Source: Nitrospirota bacterium
Lineage (GTDB): Bacteria; Nitrospirota; UBA9217
Length of the DNA: 64,000 nucleotides
Assembly (NCBI GenBank): GCA_035623825.1
Contig: DASPSR010000028.1
Span: 38,778-102,777 of the forward strand
Direction: 5' to 3'
The stretch's first letter is position 1. Each line of letters begins with the position of its first letter. Both the position numbers and the translations under genes were made by a program. Of this stretch, positions 1 through 10,652 are shown piece after piece. Below the pieces are notes generated by a model. It was not told the DNA's origin, did no database searches, and worked only from the letters and a program-made list of their open reading frames with translations.

Positions 1-510
1 GACAGGGCAATCGCTTTTAACCCGTCTTATCCTAACGCCTATTATAATCGGGGCTCGGTCTTTGCCCAAATGGGAATGTTCGACAAAGCAATGGAGGACT
101 ATGATAAGGCAATTGCCCTTGCTCCTTCTGATCCTAACGTCTATAATAATCGAGGTGTAGTCCTTGAGAAAATGGGAAGGGTCGACAAGGCGATGGAGGA
201 TTATGACAAGGCAATTGCCCTGGCTCCTTCTTATGCTCTTGCTTATAATAATCGAGGCTTGGTATTTGACAAAATGGGAAGGTTCGATAAGGCAATAGAG
301 GATTATGACAGGGCAATTGACTTGAACCCGTCCGATCCAAACGCCTATTATAATCGGGGACTAGTCTTTGCCAAAATGGGGAGGCTAGATAAGTCAAGGG
401 AGGATTATGACAAGGCAATTGCTTTGAATCCTTCTGATCCTGACGTCTATTATAATCGGGGCTTGGTCTTTGACAAAATGGGAAGGCTTGATAAGGCAAT
501 TGCAGATTTC
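1..510 (+). repeat. Five tandem 102-nt intragenic repeats encoding TPR units
   Basis: Units start at 1, 103, 205, 307 and 409 (ga[ct]a[ag]ggcaat...tataatcg.gg...aaatggga...). Confidence 0.9.
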
Positions 511-576
511 AAGAAATCGTGTGATTTAGGACATAGAGAAGGCTGCAGAGCAGCGCAGACTTTAAGGAGACGATAG
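1..576 (+). CDS. TPR-repeat protein, 5' end outside window
   Basis: Frame open from base 1 (DRAIAFNPSYPNAYYNRG...). Five consecutive 34-aa TPRs (AYYNRGLVF.KMG..DKA.EDYDKAI.L.P) and the typical C-terminal KKSCDLG...GC cap. Confidence 0.9.
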   Translation, partial: DRAIAFNPSYPNAYYNRGSVFAQMGMFDKAMEDYDKAIALAPSDPNVYNNRGVVLEKMGRVDKAMEDYDKAIALAPSYALAYNNRGLVFDKMGRFDKAIEDYDRAIDLNPSDPNAYYNRGLVFAKMGRLDKSREDYDKAIALNPSDPDVYYNRGLVFDKMGRLDKAIADFKKSCDLGHREGCRAAQTLRRR

Positions 577-717
577 TCACCCAATTGCCCATGCCAACCA
601 GACAAAAACCAGAACGAATGTAAAATAAACGGCATGCGCAATTTAACAAGCAGGGCACCAAGAATTTCACTTTATGTGTTATTTCTTTTCACCTTATGTG
701 TTCTCCGACAGCTGCTC

Positions 718-3354
718 CTACTTCCCATGACACTTCTTGTACTTCTTCCCGCTGCCGCACGGGCAGGGGTCGTTCCGTCCGACCTTCGCGCCGACATGCA
801 CCGGCTCGGCTGCCTTGGCCGCGGCATCTCCCGCGCCGACAAAGCTGAGGGACGCGATCTGCCGGCGCTGCCTCCGCTCGATTTCTTGCCCCTGCTCCTT
901 GGCGGCTACCTTGATTCTGAAGAGGTTTTCGACGGTCGATTCGACGATGCGCTGTTTCATCTCCTCAAACATCTCGAAGCCTTCTTTTTTATATTCGATG
1001 AGCGGGTCCTTTTGGCCGTAGCCGCGCAGGCCGATGCCTTCCTTCAGGTGGTCCATGGCGAGGAGATGGTCCTTCCACTGATGGTCTACTGCCTGCAGCA
1101 TGAACACTTTCTCGAGGTGGCGCATCAGCTCAGCGCCGATTTGCTGCTCCTTATCATCGTAGTTCTTGTTGATCGCTTGCCAGAGCTTCTCGCGGAATTC
1201 CTCCCGGGACAGGGTCTGCGGGTCAATACCGGTCATACGGTACGAGAACTTTGCCGCTAACGCGTCCGTGAGGCCCGTGATGTCCCAGGTCTCGGGATAG
1301 GCATCCTCCGGGCAGTAGAAGGCGATCATGCCGTCCAGCATGTCCTCTGCCAGGCCGAGCACTTCTTCCTTCAGATCCACGCCAGCGAGGATCTGCCTCC
1401 TTTGCTCATAGATCACCTTGCGTTGCTGGTTCATTACGTCGTCGTATTCCAGGATGTGCTTGCGCACTTCGAAGTTGTGAGCCTCGACCTTCTTCTGGGC
1501 GTTCTCGATGGCGCGCGAAACCATGCGGTGCTCGATCGGCACTTCTTCCTCCATGCCGAGCTTGCCCATGAGGCCGGCGATGCGGTCGGAGCCGAAAATC
1601 CGGAGGAGGTCGTCTTCGAGCGAGAGGTAGAACCGCGAGGAACCGGGGTCGCCCTGCCTGCCTGACCGTCCGCGGAGCTGGTTGTCGATCCGGCGGGCCT
1701 CGTGCCGTTCGGTACCGAGGATATGAAGTCCGCCCGCTGTAATTACCTTTTCCTTTTCAGCGGTACAATGGGTCTTGAACTCTGCAAGAGCCTGTTCCCA
1801 TTCTGCTTTCGTATACTCCTTGCCCTTGAGCGACTGGCGCGTGAGCCCCTCTGGATTGCCGCCGAGGACGATGTCAGTGCCGCGGCCTGCCATGTTTGTG
1901 GCGATCGTGACCGCCCCGAACCGCCCCGCCTGGGCCACGATCTCGGCCTCCATCTCGTGGTACTTGGCGTTCAATACGGTGTGCCTGATGCCCTTCTTCT
2001 TGAGCATCGAAGACAGTGTCTCGGACTTCACAATGGAAATCGTGCCTACAAGCACAGGCTGCCCTTTCTTGTGCCTATCCTCGATCTCTTTGATTGCCGA
2101 ATTGAACTTGCCCGTCTCTGTCTTGTAGATGAAGTCGGAATTGTCCGATCGGATCATGGGCCGGTGGGTGGGAATCACGACGACGTCAAGGTTGTAGATC
2201 TTCGCGAACTCCGCTGCTTCGGTCTCCGCCGTGCCGGTCATGCCGGCGAGCTTGCCGTAGAGGCGGAAATAGTTCTGGAATGTTATGGACGCCAGCGTCT
2301 GGTTCTCGTTCTCGATCTTCACTCCTTCCTTGGCCTCGATGGCCTGGTGCAAGCCGTCGCTCCAGCGTCTGCCCGGCATGAGCCTGCCGGTGAACTCGTC
2401 GACGATCATGACCTGATTGTCCTTGACCACGTAATCCACATCGCGGTGGAACAGGGCGTGCGCCTTGAGCGCCTGATGCACATGGTGCACCAGGTCTACG
2501 TTGGAAGGATCATAGAGGTTGCCCGCTCCGAGCATCCGTTCGACCTTGATGTTCCCCTCCTCGGTGAGGGCCGCAGTCTTGGTCTTCTCCTCAATGGTAT
2601 AATCAGCGTCCTTCTTCAGGTTGGGAATGATGCGGTCGATCTTGTAGTACTTGTCCGTTGACTCTTCCGTGGGGCCCGAAATGATGAGCGGCGTCCTCGC
2701 CTCGTCTATGAGGATCGAGTCCACCTCGTCCACGATGGCGTAATTCAGCTCGCGCTGGACATAATCCGAGAGATCGAACTTCATGTTGTCCCGAAGATAG
2801 TCAAACCCGAACTCGTTGTTGGTGCCATAGGTTACATCCGCACCGTATGCATTCTGGCGCTGCTCGTCCGTAAGGCCATGGACGATCACGCCGACGGTGA
2901 GCCCGAGATAGGTGTAGACGGGCCCCATCCACTGCGCGTCGCGCCGGGCAAGATAATCGTTCACCGTTACAACATGCACTCCCTTGCCAGTGAGACTGTT
3001 CAGGTACACGGGCAGCGTGGCTACGAGGGTCTTGCCTTCGCCCGTCTTCATCTCGGAGATCTTGCCCTCATGAAGCACGATGCCGCCGATCAGCTGCACG
3101 TCGAAGTGCCGCATCCCGATCACCCGCTTGGAAGTCTCGCGTACGACGGCAAAGGCATCGGGGAGGATATCGTCGAGCGTCTCCCCGTCATCGATCCGCT
3201 TCTTGAACTCGCCTGTCTTTGCCTTTAATTGCTCATCCGTGAGACGGGATAGTTCAGGCTCACGAGCATTTATCTGCTCCACAAGGGACTGAATGCGTTT
3301 CAGCTCCCGGTCGTTTTTTGTACCGATAACTTTCTTAAGAATTGCTCCGATCAT
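718..3354 (-). CDS. secA: Preprotein translocase ATPase SecA
   Basis: MKTGEGKT Walker [30 protein letters not shown] and C-terminal SEC-C motif [19 protein letters not shown]. Confidence 0.99.
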   Translation of the reverse strand: MIGAILKKVIGTKNDRELKRIQSLVEQINAREPELSRLTDEQLKAKTGEFKKRIDDGETLDDILPDAFAVVRETSKRVIGMRHFDVQLIGGIVLHEGKISEMKTGEGKTLVATLPVYLNSLTGKGVHVVTVNDYLARRDAQWMGPVYTYLGLTVGVIVHGLTDEQRQNAYGADVTYGTNNEFGFDYLRDNMKFDLSDYVQRELNYAIVDEVDSILIDEARTPLIISGPTEESTDKYYKIDRIIPNLKKDADYTIEEKTKTAALTEEGNIKVERMLGAGNLYDPSNVDLVHHVHQALKAHALFHRDVDYVVKDNQVMIVDEFTGRLMPGRRWSDGLHQAIEAKEGVKIENENQTLASITFQNYFRLYGKLAGMTGTAETEAAEFAKIYNLDVVVIPTHRPMIRSDNSDFIYKTETGKFNSAIKEIEDRHKKGQPVLVGTISIVKSETLSSMLKKKGIRHTVLNAKYHEMEAEIVAQAGRFGAVTIATNMAGRGTDIVLGGNPEGLTRQSLKGKEYTKAEWEQALAEFKTHCTAEKEKVITAGGLHILGTERHEARRIDNQLRGRSGRQGDPGSSRFYLSLEDDLLRIFGSDRIAGLMGKLGMEEEVPIEHRMVSRAIENAQKKVEAHNFEVRKHILEYDDVMNQQRKVIYEQRRQILAGVDLKEEVLGLAEDMLDGMIAFYCPEDAYPETWDITGLTDALAAKFSYRMTGIDPQTLSREEFREKLWQAINKNYDDKEQQIGAELMRHLEKVFMLQAVDHQWKDHLLAMDHLKEGIGLRGYGQKDPLIEYKKEGFEMFEEMKQRIVESTVENLFRIKVAAKEQGQEIERRQRRQIASLSFVGAGDAAAKAAEPVHVGAKVGRNDPCPCGSGKKYKKCHGK

Positions 3355-3829
3355 CTATCTTGTCTCCGGTTTCTCTTAGAATAACATGCATTTTAATCAT
3401 TTTCAGCCGGCAATTCAAGGGGAAAGATAGCAACAGACGGAGATCCTGGTATCTGGGATGCCGTGCGAGTAAAACACGAGCTGGTTCCCTCTCGCCTGAC
3501 AGTAGTGACACCTTGATGGGCAGAAATTGGCCTCAGTGGCCGCTTTGGTGCACCAAGGGTTTGACCGGAGGACACTTATCACATCATCTGCGGTATAACG
3601 CTCAAGGATGAAATAGCTCAGCTCCATCCTCGCGCACTCGGCCTTGATGAGGCATCTTGTTCCAGCTGTTGCTCGGGCTTCTCGCGGAAAGGCGCTGCGT
3701 CCCGCAAGCAGCTGGCTGTCGTAAAAGCGATTGTCTGACATGTCGGTACGGCCAACACTCCAAGACGCGTTCGAAAAAAAATAAAACCGGTGTTTTTAAT
3801 TATTAATCGTTTAAAATATTAATTATTGC

Positions 3830-3859
3830 TTGACAATAAAACGCATTACATGTTAAAAA
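3830..3859 (+). promoter_or_regulatory. Putative sigma70 promoter of the ArsR-family gene, in an AT-rich operator-like region
   Basis: TTGACA at 3830-3835 followed by TGtTAAAAA. AT-rich palindromic tract immediately upstream. Confidence 0.45.
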
Positions 3860-3866
3860 AGTAACT

Positions 3867-4199
3867 ATGAAAACCATGATATCCGATAAGTCCCTGTACG
3901 AAATGCAGGCCGAAATATGCAAAACGCTCACAAACCCGAAGAGAATAGAGATCCTGAACACGCTAAAAAATGAAGAGAAGACGGTGACCGAACTGGTCGC
4001 CGCGCTCGGCGCCTCAAAAGCAAATGTGTCCCAGCATCTCGCGGTGATGAGACACAAAGGCATACTGTCGACGAGGCGGGTCGGCGTAAATATATATTAT
4101 AGAGTCTCGAACCCAAAGGTCATTGAGGCATGTGCCTTAATGAAGGAGGTTCTGTTCGATCAGCACGCAGCCAGAAAAAAAACCATAACCGGTGCATGA
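3867..4199 (+). CDS. ArsR/SmtB-family transcriptional regulator
   Basis: AEICKTLTNPKRIEIL...TVTEL...SKANVSQHLAVMR...RRVGVNIYY winged-HTH signature. Confidence 0.93.
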   Translation: MKTMISDKSLYEMQAEICKTLTNPKRIEILNTLKNEEKTVTELVAALGASKANVSQHLAVMRHKGILSTRRVGVNIYYRVSNPKVIEACALMKEVLFDQHAARKKTITGA

Positions 4200-4351
4200 A
4201 ATTCAGCGTAGTGATTGTAGCGCCTTTTTGTCAACATGTTTTAATATTACAATAAGCAATAGGGTCTGGGGACGGTTTCAGCACGACCCGCCTAAAAGGC
4301 AGGCAGCGTGAGTCCGCAGCTTCAGAGGCGAGAGATCAACCGGCAGGATGC

Positions 4352-4387
4352 AAAACAAAACCCCGAAGATGGGGGGCCCTTCGGGGT
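4352..4387 (-). terminator. Rho-independent terminator downstream of the cold-shock gene
   Basis: Stem ACCCCGAAG/CTTCGGGGT followed on the minus strand by TTTGTTTT. Confidence 0.7.
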
Positions 4388-4448
4388 CATTTACCAACAA
4401 TAAAACGCGGCAAAACCATGCGCGAAAAACCCGCAGAGGGTGTTCTCG

Positions 4449-4655
4449 TTAGGAAGATTTCATCACATTGGATGCCTGAGGGCCTTTTTCGCCCTGCGTG
4501 ATCTCAAATTCGACAAGTTGACCTTCGGCTAGCGTCTTGTATCCTTCGCCCTGGATCGCTGAATAGTGCACGAAGACGTCTCTTCCGCCTCCATCAGGCT
4601 CGATGAATCCGTACCCTTTCGATTCGTTGAACCACTTCACTTTCCCGGTAGTCAT
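4449..4655 (-). CDS. Cold-shock protein (CspA family)
   Basis: [15 protein letters not shown] and DVFVHYSAI (RNP1/RNP2). Strong SD AAGGAGGG. Confidence 0.97.
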   Translation of the reverse strand: MTTGKVKWFNESKGYGFIEPDGGGRDVFVHYSAIQGEGYKTLAEGQLVEFEITQGEKGPQASNVMKSS

Positions 4656-4881
4656 AATACTTACTCCCTCCTTGCTTGTTTCCGCTGTCGGCGGGGTTCC
4701 ATTCTTTCTGGTCCGGTCACCTCATGGCGGAACGCGGTTTTAGTTCAAAGGGAAAGAGCCTCCTTAATATCCCCCACGCTCTTATTCCCGGCCAATCATT
4801 CTTGGATACAGTATATGTAAAAAGGGATGAGAAAACCATAGGCAAGCTTTGATCAGGGCAGATCGTCGCGGACGGCACCTC

Positions 4882-5820
4882 TTAGTCCAAGTATTTTATC
4901 GGGTTCACCGGCAGGCCATTCAGCCGGACCTCATAGTGGAGATGGGGACCCGTGCTGGTGCCGGTATCTCCAACATAGGAAATGACATCTCCGCGCTTTA
5001 CTCGCTGGCCCGCCTTTACATTAAGGCGAGTGTTATGCCCGAAGATCGTCCTGATGCCGTATCCATGGCTTATCTCGACCATGTTGCCGTACCCCGTGCT
5101 GAAACCTGCCTTGATGACAACGCCGTCAGCCGGAGACACGACGGGAGTTCCGGTCTGGGCGGCGATATCCATGCCTTCATGAAACTTCATAATGCCGCTG
5201 AACGGCGAAGTCCTGTTGCCGAACGGCGATGTGACCCATCCATGGACCGGCCAGACGGAAGGGGTCGAAGCATAGAGAGAACGCTTGTCCTCAAAATACT
5301 CTATCAACATCTGGAGGCTTGCTTCTTGTTTTGTGGCCGCGCCTTTTAGTTGTGTCAGTTCCTGGTGCATCTCTCTGAGCGCTTCCGCCTGCTTTTTTTC
5401 TCCCATAGTGGTCAAGTTCTGCAGACCGAGCTCATCAGGACCCCCGATACCGAGCACCTGCTGGGCCCTGTCACGGGGCCCCAGGCTCACAGCGCGGCGG
5501 AGTTTGGTGTCAAGGTCACGAAGCAGGAACATCTGGCGCTTGTAGTCGAGGATGTTGAGCGCGAAATTCTGGACTTGCGCTTTTTGCTGCATCAACTCCT
5601 CGCGCATCGTTTGCAGTTCCCATACCTTGTCTTTAACATCGTTGTATTCGTAGATCAAATAAAAGGAGAGAAGGATGACGCCCGCGACAGAGAGGAGCGC
5701 TGATTTTATGACGGACTTTGAAATGCTTAATGTTCTGACTTTGGCATTCGGCCCGGGCAGGAACATGAAGGTAAAGTATTCTTTTTTCTTGATATTTCGA
5801 GACTTCCTTGCCTGCATCAT
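4882..5820 (-). CDS. M23 family metallopeptidase with N-terminal TM helix and coiled coil
   Basis: HEGMD and HLHYEV zinc motifs. SD GGAGGT before ATG 5820. Confidence 0.92.
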   Translation of the reverse strand: MMQARKSRNIKKKEYFTFMFLPGPNAKVRTLSISKSVIKSALLSVAGVILLSFYLIYEYNDVKDKVWELQTMREELMQQKAQVQNFALNILDYKRQMFLLRDLDTKLRRAVSLGPRDRAQQVLGIGGPDELGLQNLTTMGEKKQAEALREMHQELTQLKGAATKQEASLQMLIEYFEDKRSLYASTPSVWPVHGWVTSPFGNRTSPFSGIMKFHEGMDIAAQTGTPVVSPADGVVIKAGFSTGYGNMVEISHGYGIRTIFGHNTRLNVKAGQRVKRGDVISYVGDTGTSTGPHLHYEVRLNGLPVNPIKYLD

Positions 5821-5971
5821 ACCTCCGGGAAAAAGGCGCAAACGACCGCTTAAAAACTATCATAAATCACGTTGTCATGTCAAGGGCTTATTAATTTTTG
5901 TTGTAAAACTTTAATTTGTTGTACAACATCTTGTGCTAATCTCTGGGGATTATTCTATATATAGAGGAGAT

Positions 5972-6643
5972 TTATCTGTTTCTTCGAGGAAGGAGCGATT
6001 CGAGCGAGCACTCACTGCAAAGGGGATTGCTCTTTCTGCAACGTTCCTTGCCGACCTTGACGATCAGGGCATGGAATTCATTATAGAGCCGTGTATCTTT
6101 CGGCAGGTTTTCCGTGAATAGTCTCTGCACTTCATGGTAGTCGGCATTGTTCGAAATGAATCCGTGCCTGTACAGGAGCCTTCTGGTATAGGCATCCACC
6201 ACGAAGAACGGCTTTTTCGCTGCGTAGAGCAAAATCGAGTCGGCGGTCTCGGGTCCGATGCCGTTTACGCCGAGCAGGCTCTCGCGCAGCGCTTCAGGGT
6301 CATCTGAGAACATCCTTTTCAGACTTCCACGGTAACGGTTACGGACCAAGATTAGCAGATTCTTGAGTCGCTGTGTCTTTATGTTGAAATAACCGCTCGG
6401 CCGTATGAGCGCAGCAAGCTTTTTCGATGGTACGCTGGTCAAACGCGAGGGGGTCAGCAGACGCCGCCTCTTGAGATTGGCGATGGCCTTTTCCACGTTG
6501 CCCCATGCCGTGTTCTGGGTGAGAACTGCGCCTGCGATCACCTCGAAGGCTGTGTCGCCGGGCCACCAGTGCTGGGGGCCATACGATCGGTAGAGGGCCC
6601 GATAGAGGGCCATGAGTTTTTTCCTGATACATCGGTCAGGCAT
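5972..6643 (-). CDS. HhH-GPD / endonuclease III-related DNA glycosylase
   Basis: GPQHWWP, AVLTQNTAW, LLGVNGIGPETADSILLY and C-terminal Fe-S cysteines. Start codon uncertain. Confidence 0.9.
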   Translation of the reverse strand: MPDRCIRKKLMALYRALYRSYGPQHWWPGDTAFEVIAGAVLTQNTAWGNVEKAIANLKRRRLLTPSRLTSVPSKKLAALIRPSGYFNIKTQRLKNLLILVRNRYRGSLKRMFSDDPEALRESLLGVNGIGPETADSILLYAAKKPFFVVDAYTRRLLYRHGFISNNADYHEVQRLFTENLPKDTRLYNEFHALIVKVGKERCRKSNPLCSECSLESLLPRRNR

Positions 6644-6748
6644 TTTTGCTTGATCTCCGCTCGCCATGCGCGATGCGAGGTGCGGAATTCATTTGCGTTT
6701 ATCCTTTCTCATGATTCCTGCGCCGTATCTTCTTTCCTCGTCCCGCGT

Positions 6749-7072
6749 CTATTCTTTCACCGTTTCATTCACCCAGGCGAGATACTCCCGTGAACCGGCA
6801 ACTATCGGGAGCGCGATGATTTCCGGCACGGTATACGAGTGGAGTTCCTTCACGCGCTTGATGAGCTTCTCGATGAGCGGCAGTCTGCTCTTGCAGACAA
6901 GGAGCGTCTCGCGTGCATCCTGCGTCTTGCCCTCCCAGAAGAACAGGGAGTGCACTTCAGGCACGATGTTCACACAGGCGGCAAGATGCTCATTTACGAG
7001 CGTGGCAGCTATCTTCACGGCCTCGTCATCCGAGCTGGCGGTTATCAGGACAATGATCCCTTCCGTAGTCAC
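6749..7072 (-). CDS. cutA: Divalent-cation tolerance protein CutA
   Basis: LAACVNI, S.F.WEGK and HSYTVPEII motifs. Confidence 0.95.
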   Translation of the reverse strand: MTTEGIIVLITASSDDEAVKIAATLVNEHLAACVNIVPEVHSLFFWEGKTQDARETLLVCKSRLPLIEKLIKRVKELHSYTVPEIIALPIVAGSREYLAWVNETVKE

Positions 7073-7082
7073 GACAATCCTC

Positions 7083-9179
7083 CTAAAACTTCATCCCTCC
7101 CAGTCCCTTGAGGTCAAGCAGCACCTTGTACTGCCTGTTACCAGGTGTGTTTATGTATTCCATGGCGATACCCCAGCACTGGGACGCGTAATGAACCTTG
7201 TAGTCCTGCTGTTGAGTCAGTTTATTTATTATATCACGCGTGATCTGCGCGTTGACATCCCATCTCCCGGCTTTGAAACCTATTCCGCCGATCAGGTATT
7301 CCGTCGTGTTGGGATTCGTCGGTGAGGAATGCAGGTACTCGTGCGTCAAGTTAAACCGTACCGTGCCGGCGTCCACGGCGACGCTCTCAATTGTCGTGAC
7401 GAAGACATGGGTATACGTATCATAATCCGTGGTGGACGAAAAGGTCAGCAACTTGGGCGTTTTCACATACAGCTCGCCGTGAAGCGCGGAGCGCGCCTCC
7501 CCGGATAGGGTCGTATCGGTGCTCCTCGCTTTATAGAAGTCATACGACTCCGAGAGCAGAAAAACGACCATGTCAAAGCTCCTGGTCCCGGCCGTATCCT
7601 TATAATGCGCCGTGAGGCGATTGATGAGGGAGACGGTAACCAGGTTCTGAGCCGTCACGGCATCGACAGAGTCAACCTGAGGGATGCCTGTCTGGTCAAT
7701 GTGGGGAATGTAGCTGTATGATATGGTCGGCTCGATCGAGTGTCGAATCCGCCCGAAGCCCGTTTCGCTGTCCGTGCCGTAAACACGGGATATCCGGGAG
7801 TTCAGATCGACGCTCGCATAGTAAAACTCCCGCTCCGTAGGCTCTGCAATTTCAGCATTGGTGCCGCTCCGGTCGTAAAAGGTCGCCCGTGCTCCCAGGC
7901 GGGGTGTAAGGGTCAGCCCGCTCACGCCGAAGGGGGCGCTGAGCTGAGGATTGAAGTCCGCCCTCCGCACGTCAGCCCCTTCCTGTGAGGTAAAGTTCGA
8001 CGCGGACCCGTCAAAATTGAGATGGAATGGGCCGGTTATATTTTCCTCGAACATATTGTAGCGGAGTTGAGGGAGCGTTTGAACCGTATTCTCGTTCGTC
8101 TGCGTGAGGTCCGTGGTATACTGGCCCAAGAGATAGAGCGATGCGGTCTCCCAGCGCTCAACATAGAAGATATTGGAGTCCAGATACGGCGGCGATCTGA
8201 GCTCGAGCCTTGTCTCAAGATCGCGGTAGTAGGCGAAGTCGCTCACGAGGTTGACGTCGGCACGGATAGAGAGGTCTTCGGCAATCTCCTCGTCATGCTG
8301 AGCCTTGAATTCCCAGCGGCCTTCGGGAAGCCCGCTGACCCGGTACTTCGAGAACGTGTCGAAATAGTTATAGTAGATCTTGCCGGCGGAGTCCTTGGAA
8401 TTCACATAGCGGAATTCTGCGCCCACGCCGTTCCCGTGCCTCGACCGGTAATCGTCATAGAACGTCATGTCCTGATAATCCGATATGGCCCAGAAAAACG
8501 CGTTCTTCATCAGGAACCCTTCACTGCTGCTGTATCCCAACTCCGGCATCAGGAGGCCGGTCTGCCTCTTCACCGGGAAGAGCAGATAGGGGCTGTAGAA
8601 AACCGGGAGACCGGACAAATTGAACGAAACATCATCGGCCGTCGCGTATTTGTCCATGTCGACATCGATCGTTCGTGCCTTCAGGTACCACTCACTCTTG
8701 TCGCAGGTCGTGAACGTTCCGTTCTCAACATGATAGACGCTTTCCGATTTCCGCTCGATCTTCTCGCCCTGCAAGTGGTAGTTGTCCTTGCTCATGAACA
8801 GGTCGCCGTTATATATGATCCCGGCCTTGGTGTTTATGTTAAACTGGACCTTGTCTGCCCGGATGATATCGCCTTTGTCCTGAATATATACCTTGCCCTC
8901 GGCCACGGCCTCTCCGGTCCTGTTGTTCAGCACCACTTTGTCGGCCTCGACCCTCAGGCCTTCCTGCTCGACGCGGACATGGCCCACCGCGACATAGATG
9001 TCGTTGGTGCGGTCATAATCTAGTTTGTCGGCATTGACCGTAACGGGGACCTTCTTCAGCTGCTCAGCCTTCGGAAGATCCAGCTTCGGCAGTTCCACGG
9101 CAAAGACGAGGTGCGGCAAAGCGGCCGGAATACCGGAAAGAAAAAACACGGTAAGGATGAACGCCATGCCGCGTTTCAT
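7083..9179 (-). CDS. lptD: LPS-assembly outer-membrane protein LptD
   Basis: Signal peptide, OstA-like N-domain, NGTFTTC, PVFYSPY..FP.KRQTGLL.P, RHSIEP, and C-terminal Y.SQCW...LKGLG. Confidence 0.9.
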   Translation of the reverse strand: MKRGMAFILTVFFLSGIPAALPHLVFAVELPKLDLPKAEQLKKVPVTVNADKLDYDRTNDIYVAVGHVRVEQEGLRVEADKVVLNNRTGEAVAEGKVYIQDKGDIIRADKVQFNINTKAGIIYNGDLFMSKDNYHLQGEKIERKSESVYHVENGTFTTCDKSEWYLKARTIDVDMDKYATADDVSFNLSGLPVFYSPYLLFPVKRQTGLLMPELGYSSSEGFLMKNAFFWAISDYQDMTFYDDYRSRHGNGVGAEFRYVNSKDSAGKIYYNYFDTFSKYRVSGLPEGRWEFKAQHDEEIAEDLSIRADVNLVSDFAYYRDLETRLELRSPPYLDSNIFYVERWETASLYLLGQYTTDLTQTNENTVQTLPQLRYNMFEENITGPFHLNFDGSASNFTSQEGADVRRADFNPQLSAPFGVSGLTLTPRLGARATFYDRSGTNAEIAEPTEREFYYASVDLNSRISRVYGTDSETGFGRIRHSIEPTISYSYIPHIDQTGIPQVDSVDAVTAQNLVTVSLINRLTAHYKDTAGTRSFDMVVFLLSESYDFYKARSTDTTLSGEARSALHGELYVKTPKLLTFSSTTDYDTYTHVFVTTIESVAVDAGTVRFNLTHEYLHSSPTNPNTTEYLIGGIGFKAGRWDVNAQITRDIINKLTQQQDYKVHYASQCWGIAMEYINTPGNRQYKVLLDLKGLGGMKF

Positions 9180-9226
9180 ATTATTCCTTTACGCCCTTCT
9201 TCTTGTCATTCCGCAATTGTTTTCCC

Positions 9227-10576
9227 TCAACCCTTCAAGCCCGATAGCTGCTGCGACCGACCGGCTTCCCGGACGAGCACTGACCGCGCTTCTCCCACCA
9301 CATAGAGCGAACCCGTCACCAGGATCAGGTCGTCAGCTCCTGCGGTTTGCCTGGCCATGGCGATTGCATCACCTACGGTCTCGGCCGTAACGACCGCACT
9401 GTGCAGCCTCTGGACTTCTGACGCAAGTGCCTGGACATCCATGGCCCGCGAGTACTGCGGCCTCGTCACGATCACGCGTTCAGCCAAAGGAACAAGCTCG
9501 GCCAGGATCCCCCGGTAATCCTTGTCGCCGAGAATCCCGATGATCAGGACCAGCCGTCGGTATGCGGATTTCATTTCTTGAACGGCCCCGGCGAGCATCT
9601 TCGCAGAGGCCGGATTGTGGGCTCCGTCAAGATATATATCGGGTCTCCGTCCGACGCGTTCCAGCCTCCCTTCCCACTGGGCCCGTTCCAGGCCCAGGCG
9701 CAGGGCAGGCTCGGAGAGGATGATTCCGGAGACCTCCATGCATTCCGCCGCGGCTATCGCGAGCGAGGCATTGTCTACTTGATACCTGCCATGCATGGTT
9801 ATGCGCACGTTGTTATACGAAGCCCGCATGCCCTGGTAGTCGAAAACCTGGGTGCGATCGTGGCGGACGTTCTTCAGCAGAAAATCTTTTGTCAGCCGAT
9901 AAACCGGAGTGCGTTTCGACGCGGCTTCTCGCTCAATGACCTCAATGACCTTCGGCTGAGCCACCCCTGTAATGACGGGAACACCCGGTTTGATGATTCC
10001 GGCTTTCTCCCGCGCGATCGATTCCAGCGTGTCCCCCAGGAACTCGGTGTGCTCCAAGTCGATGTTCGTGATAACGGACACGAGCGGGGTGATCACGTTC
10101 GTGGAGTCCATCCGGCCCCCCATGCCGACTTCGATCACCGCGATATCAACGGACTCCTCAGCAAACCAGGTGAACGCCATTGCGGTCGTGACCTCGAAAA
10201 AAGTAGGGGTGAGGGCTCCCGCGCCGTCAGCAGCAGGGACCCCGCGGTAGCCGTCCCGAACTCTCTGCGCAAGCGCCACTACCTTCTGCTCAGATATCTG
10301 GACATTGTCGATTCTGATCCGTTCTGTAAAACTGACCAGGTGCGGCGAGGTATAGAGCCCCACGCGATACCCCGCGGCCCTGAGCACGTCCGCGAGGAAC
10401 GCGGAGGTCGACCCTTTGCCATTCGTGCCGGCAATATGCACTGACCGAAATTTTTTGTGGGGATCGCCCATGACCTGCATGAGCGTGTGGCTGTTTGCCA
10501 GGGCAAGCTTTATCCCGTGTTTCTGCAGCCCGAAGAGATAGTCAATGGTGTTCTGGTATGAACTGTCTTGTGACAT
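9227..10576 (-). CDS. folC: Folylpolyglutamate synthase / dihydrofolate synthase
   Basis: HIAGTNGKGS, YTSPHL, EVGMGGR.DSTN and LDGAHNP. Start assigned to MSQDSSY. Confidence 0.96.
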   Translation of the reverse strand: MSQDSSYQNTIDYLFGLQKHGIKLALANSHTLMQVMGDPHKKFRSVHIAGTNGKGSTSAFLADVLRAAGYRVGLYTSPHLVSFTERIRIDNVQISEQKVVALAQRVRDGYRGVPAADGAGALTPTFFEVTTAMAFTWFAEESVDIAVIEVGMGGRMDSTNVITPLVSVITNIDLEHTEFLGDTLESIAREKAGIIKPGVPVITGVAQPKVIEVIEREAASKRTPVYRLTKDFLLKNVRHDRTQVFDYQGMRASYNNVRITMHGRYQVDNASLAIAAAECMEVSGIILSEPALRLGLERAQWEGRLERVGRRPDIYLDGAHNPASAKMLAGAVQEMKSAYRRLVLIIGILGDKDYRGILAELVPLAERVIVTRPQYSRAMDVQALASEVQRLHSAVVTAETVGDAIAMARQTAGADDLILVTGSLYVVGEARSVLVREAGRSQQLSGLKG

Positions 10577-10652
10577 CCTCGTCCTTGACCGCCATTCCGG
10601 TTTTAGCTGAAACCATGGCCCTTTGGGGCGTGACAATCTCCGCCCATTTCCG

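Noticed and set aside
1-510. TPR repeats considered as a CRISPR array or DGR template/variable pair
   Set aside because: Contiguous in-frame 102-nt coding units with no spacers, no adenine-specific variation and no reverse transcriptase in the window.
4262-4320. GGGACG…GCCTAAA…GGCAGC resembles part of a c-di-GMP-I riboswitch
   Set aside because: No P1 stem with GNRA loop, no GCAAA junction and no downstream same-strand gene.
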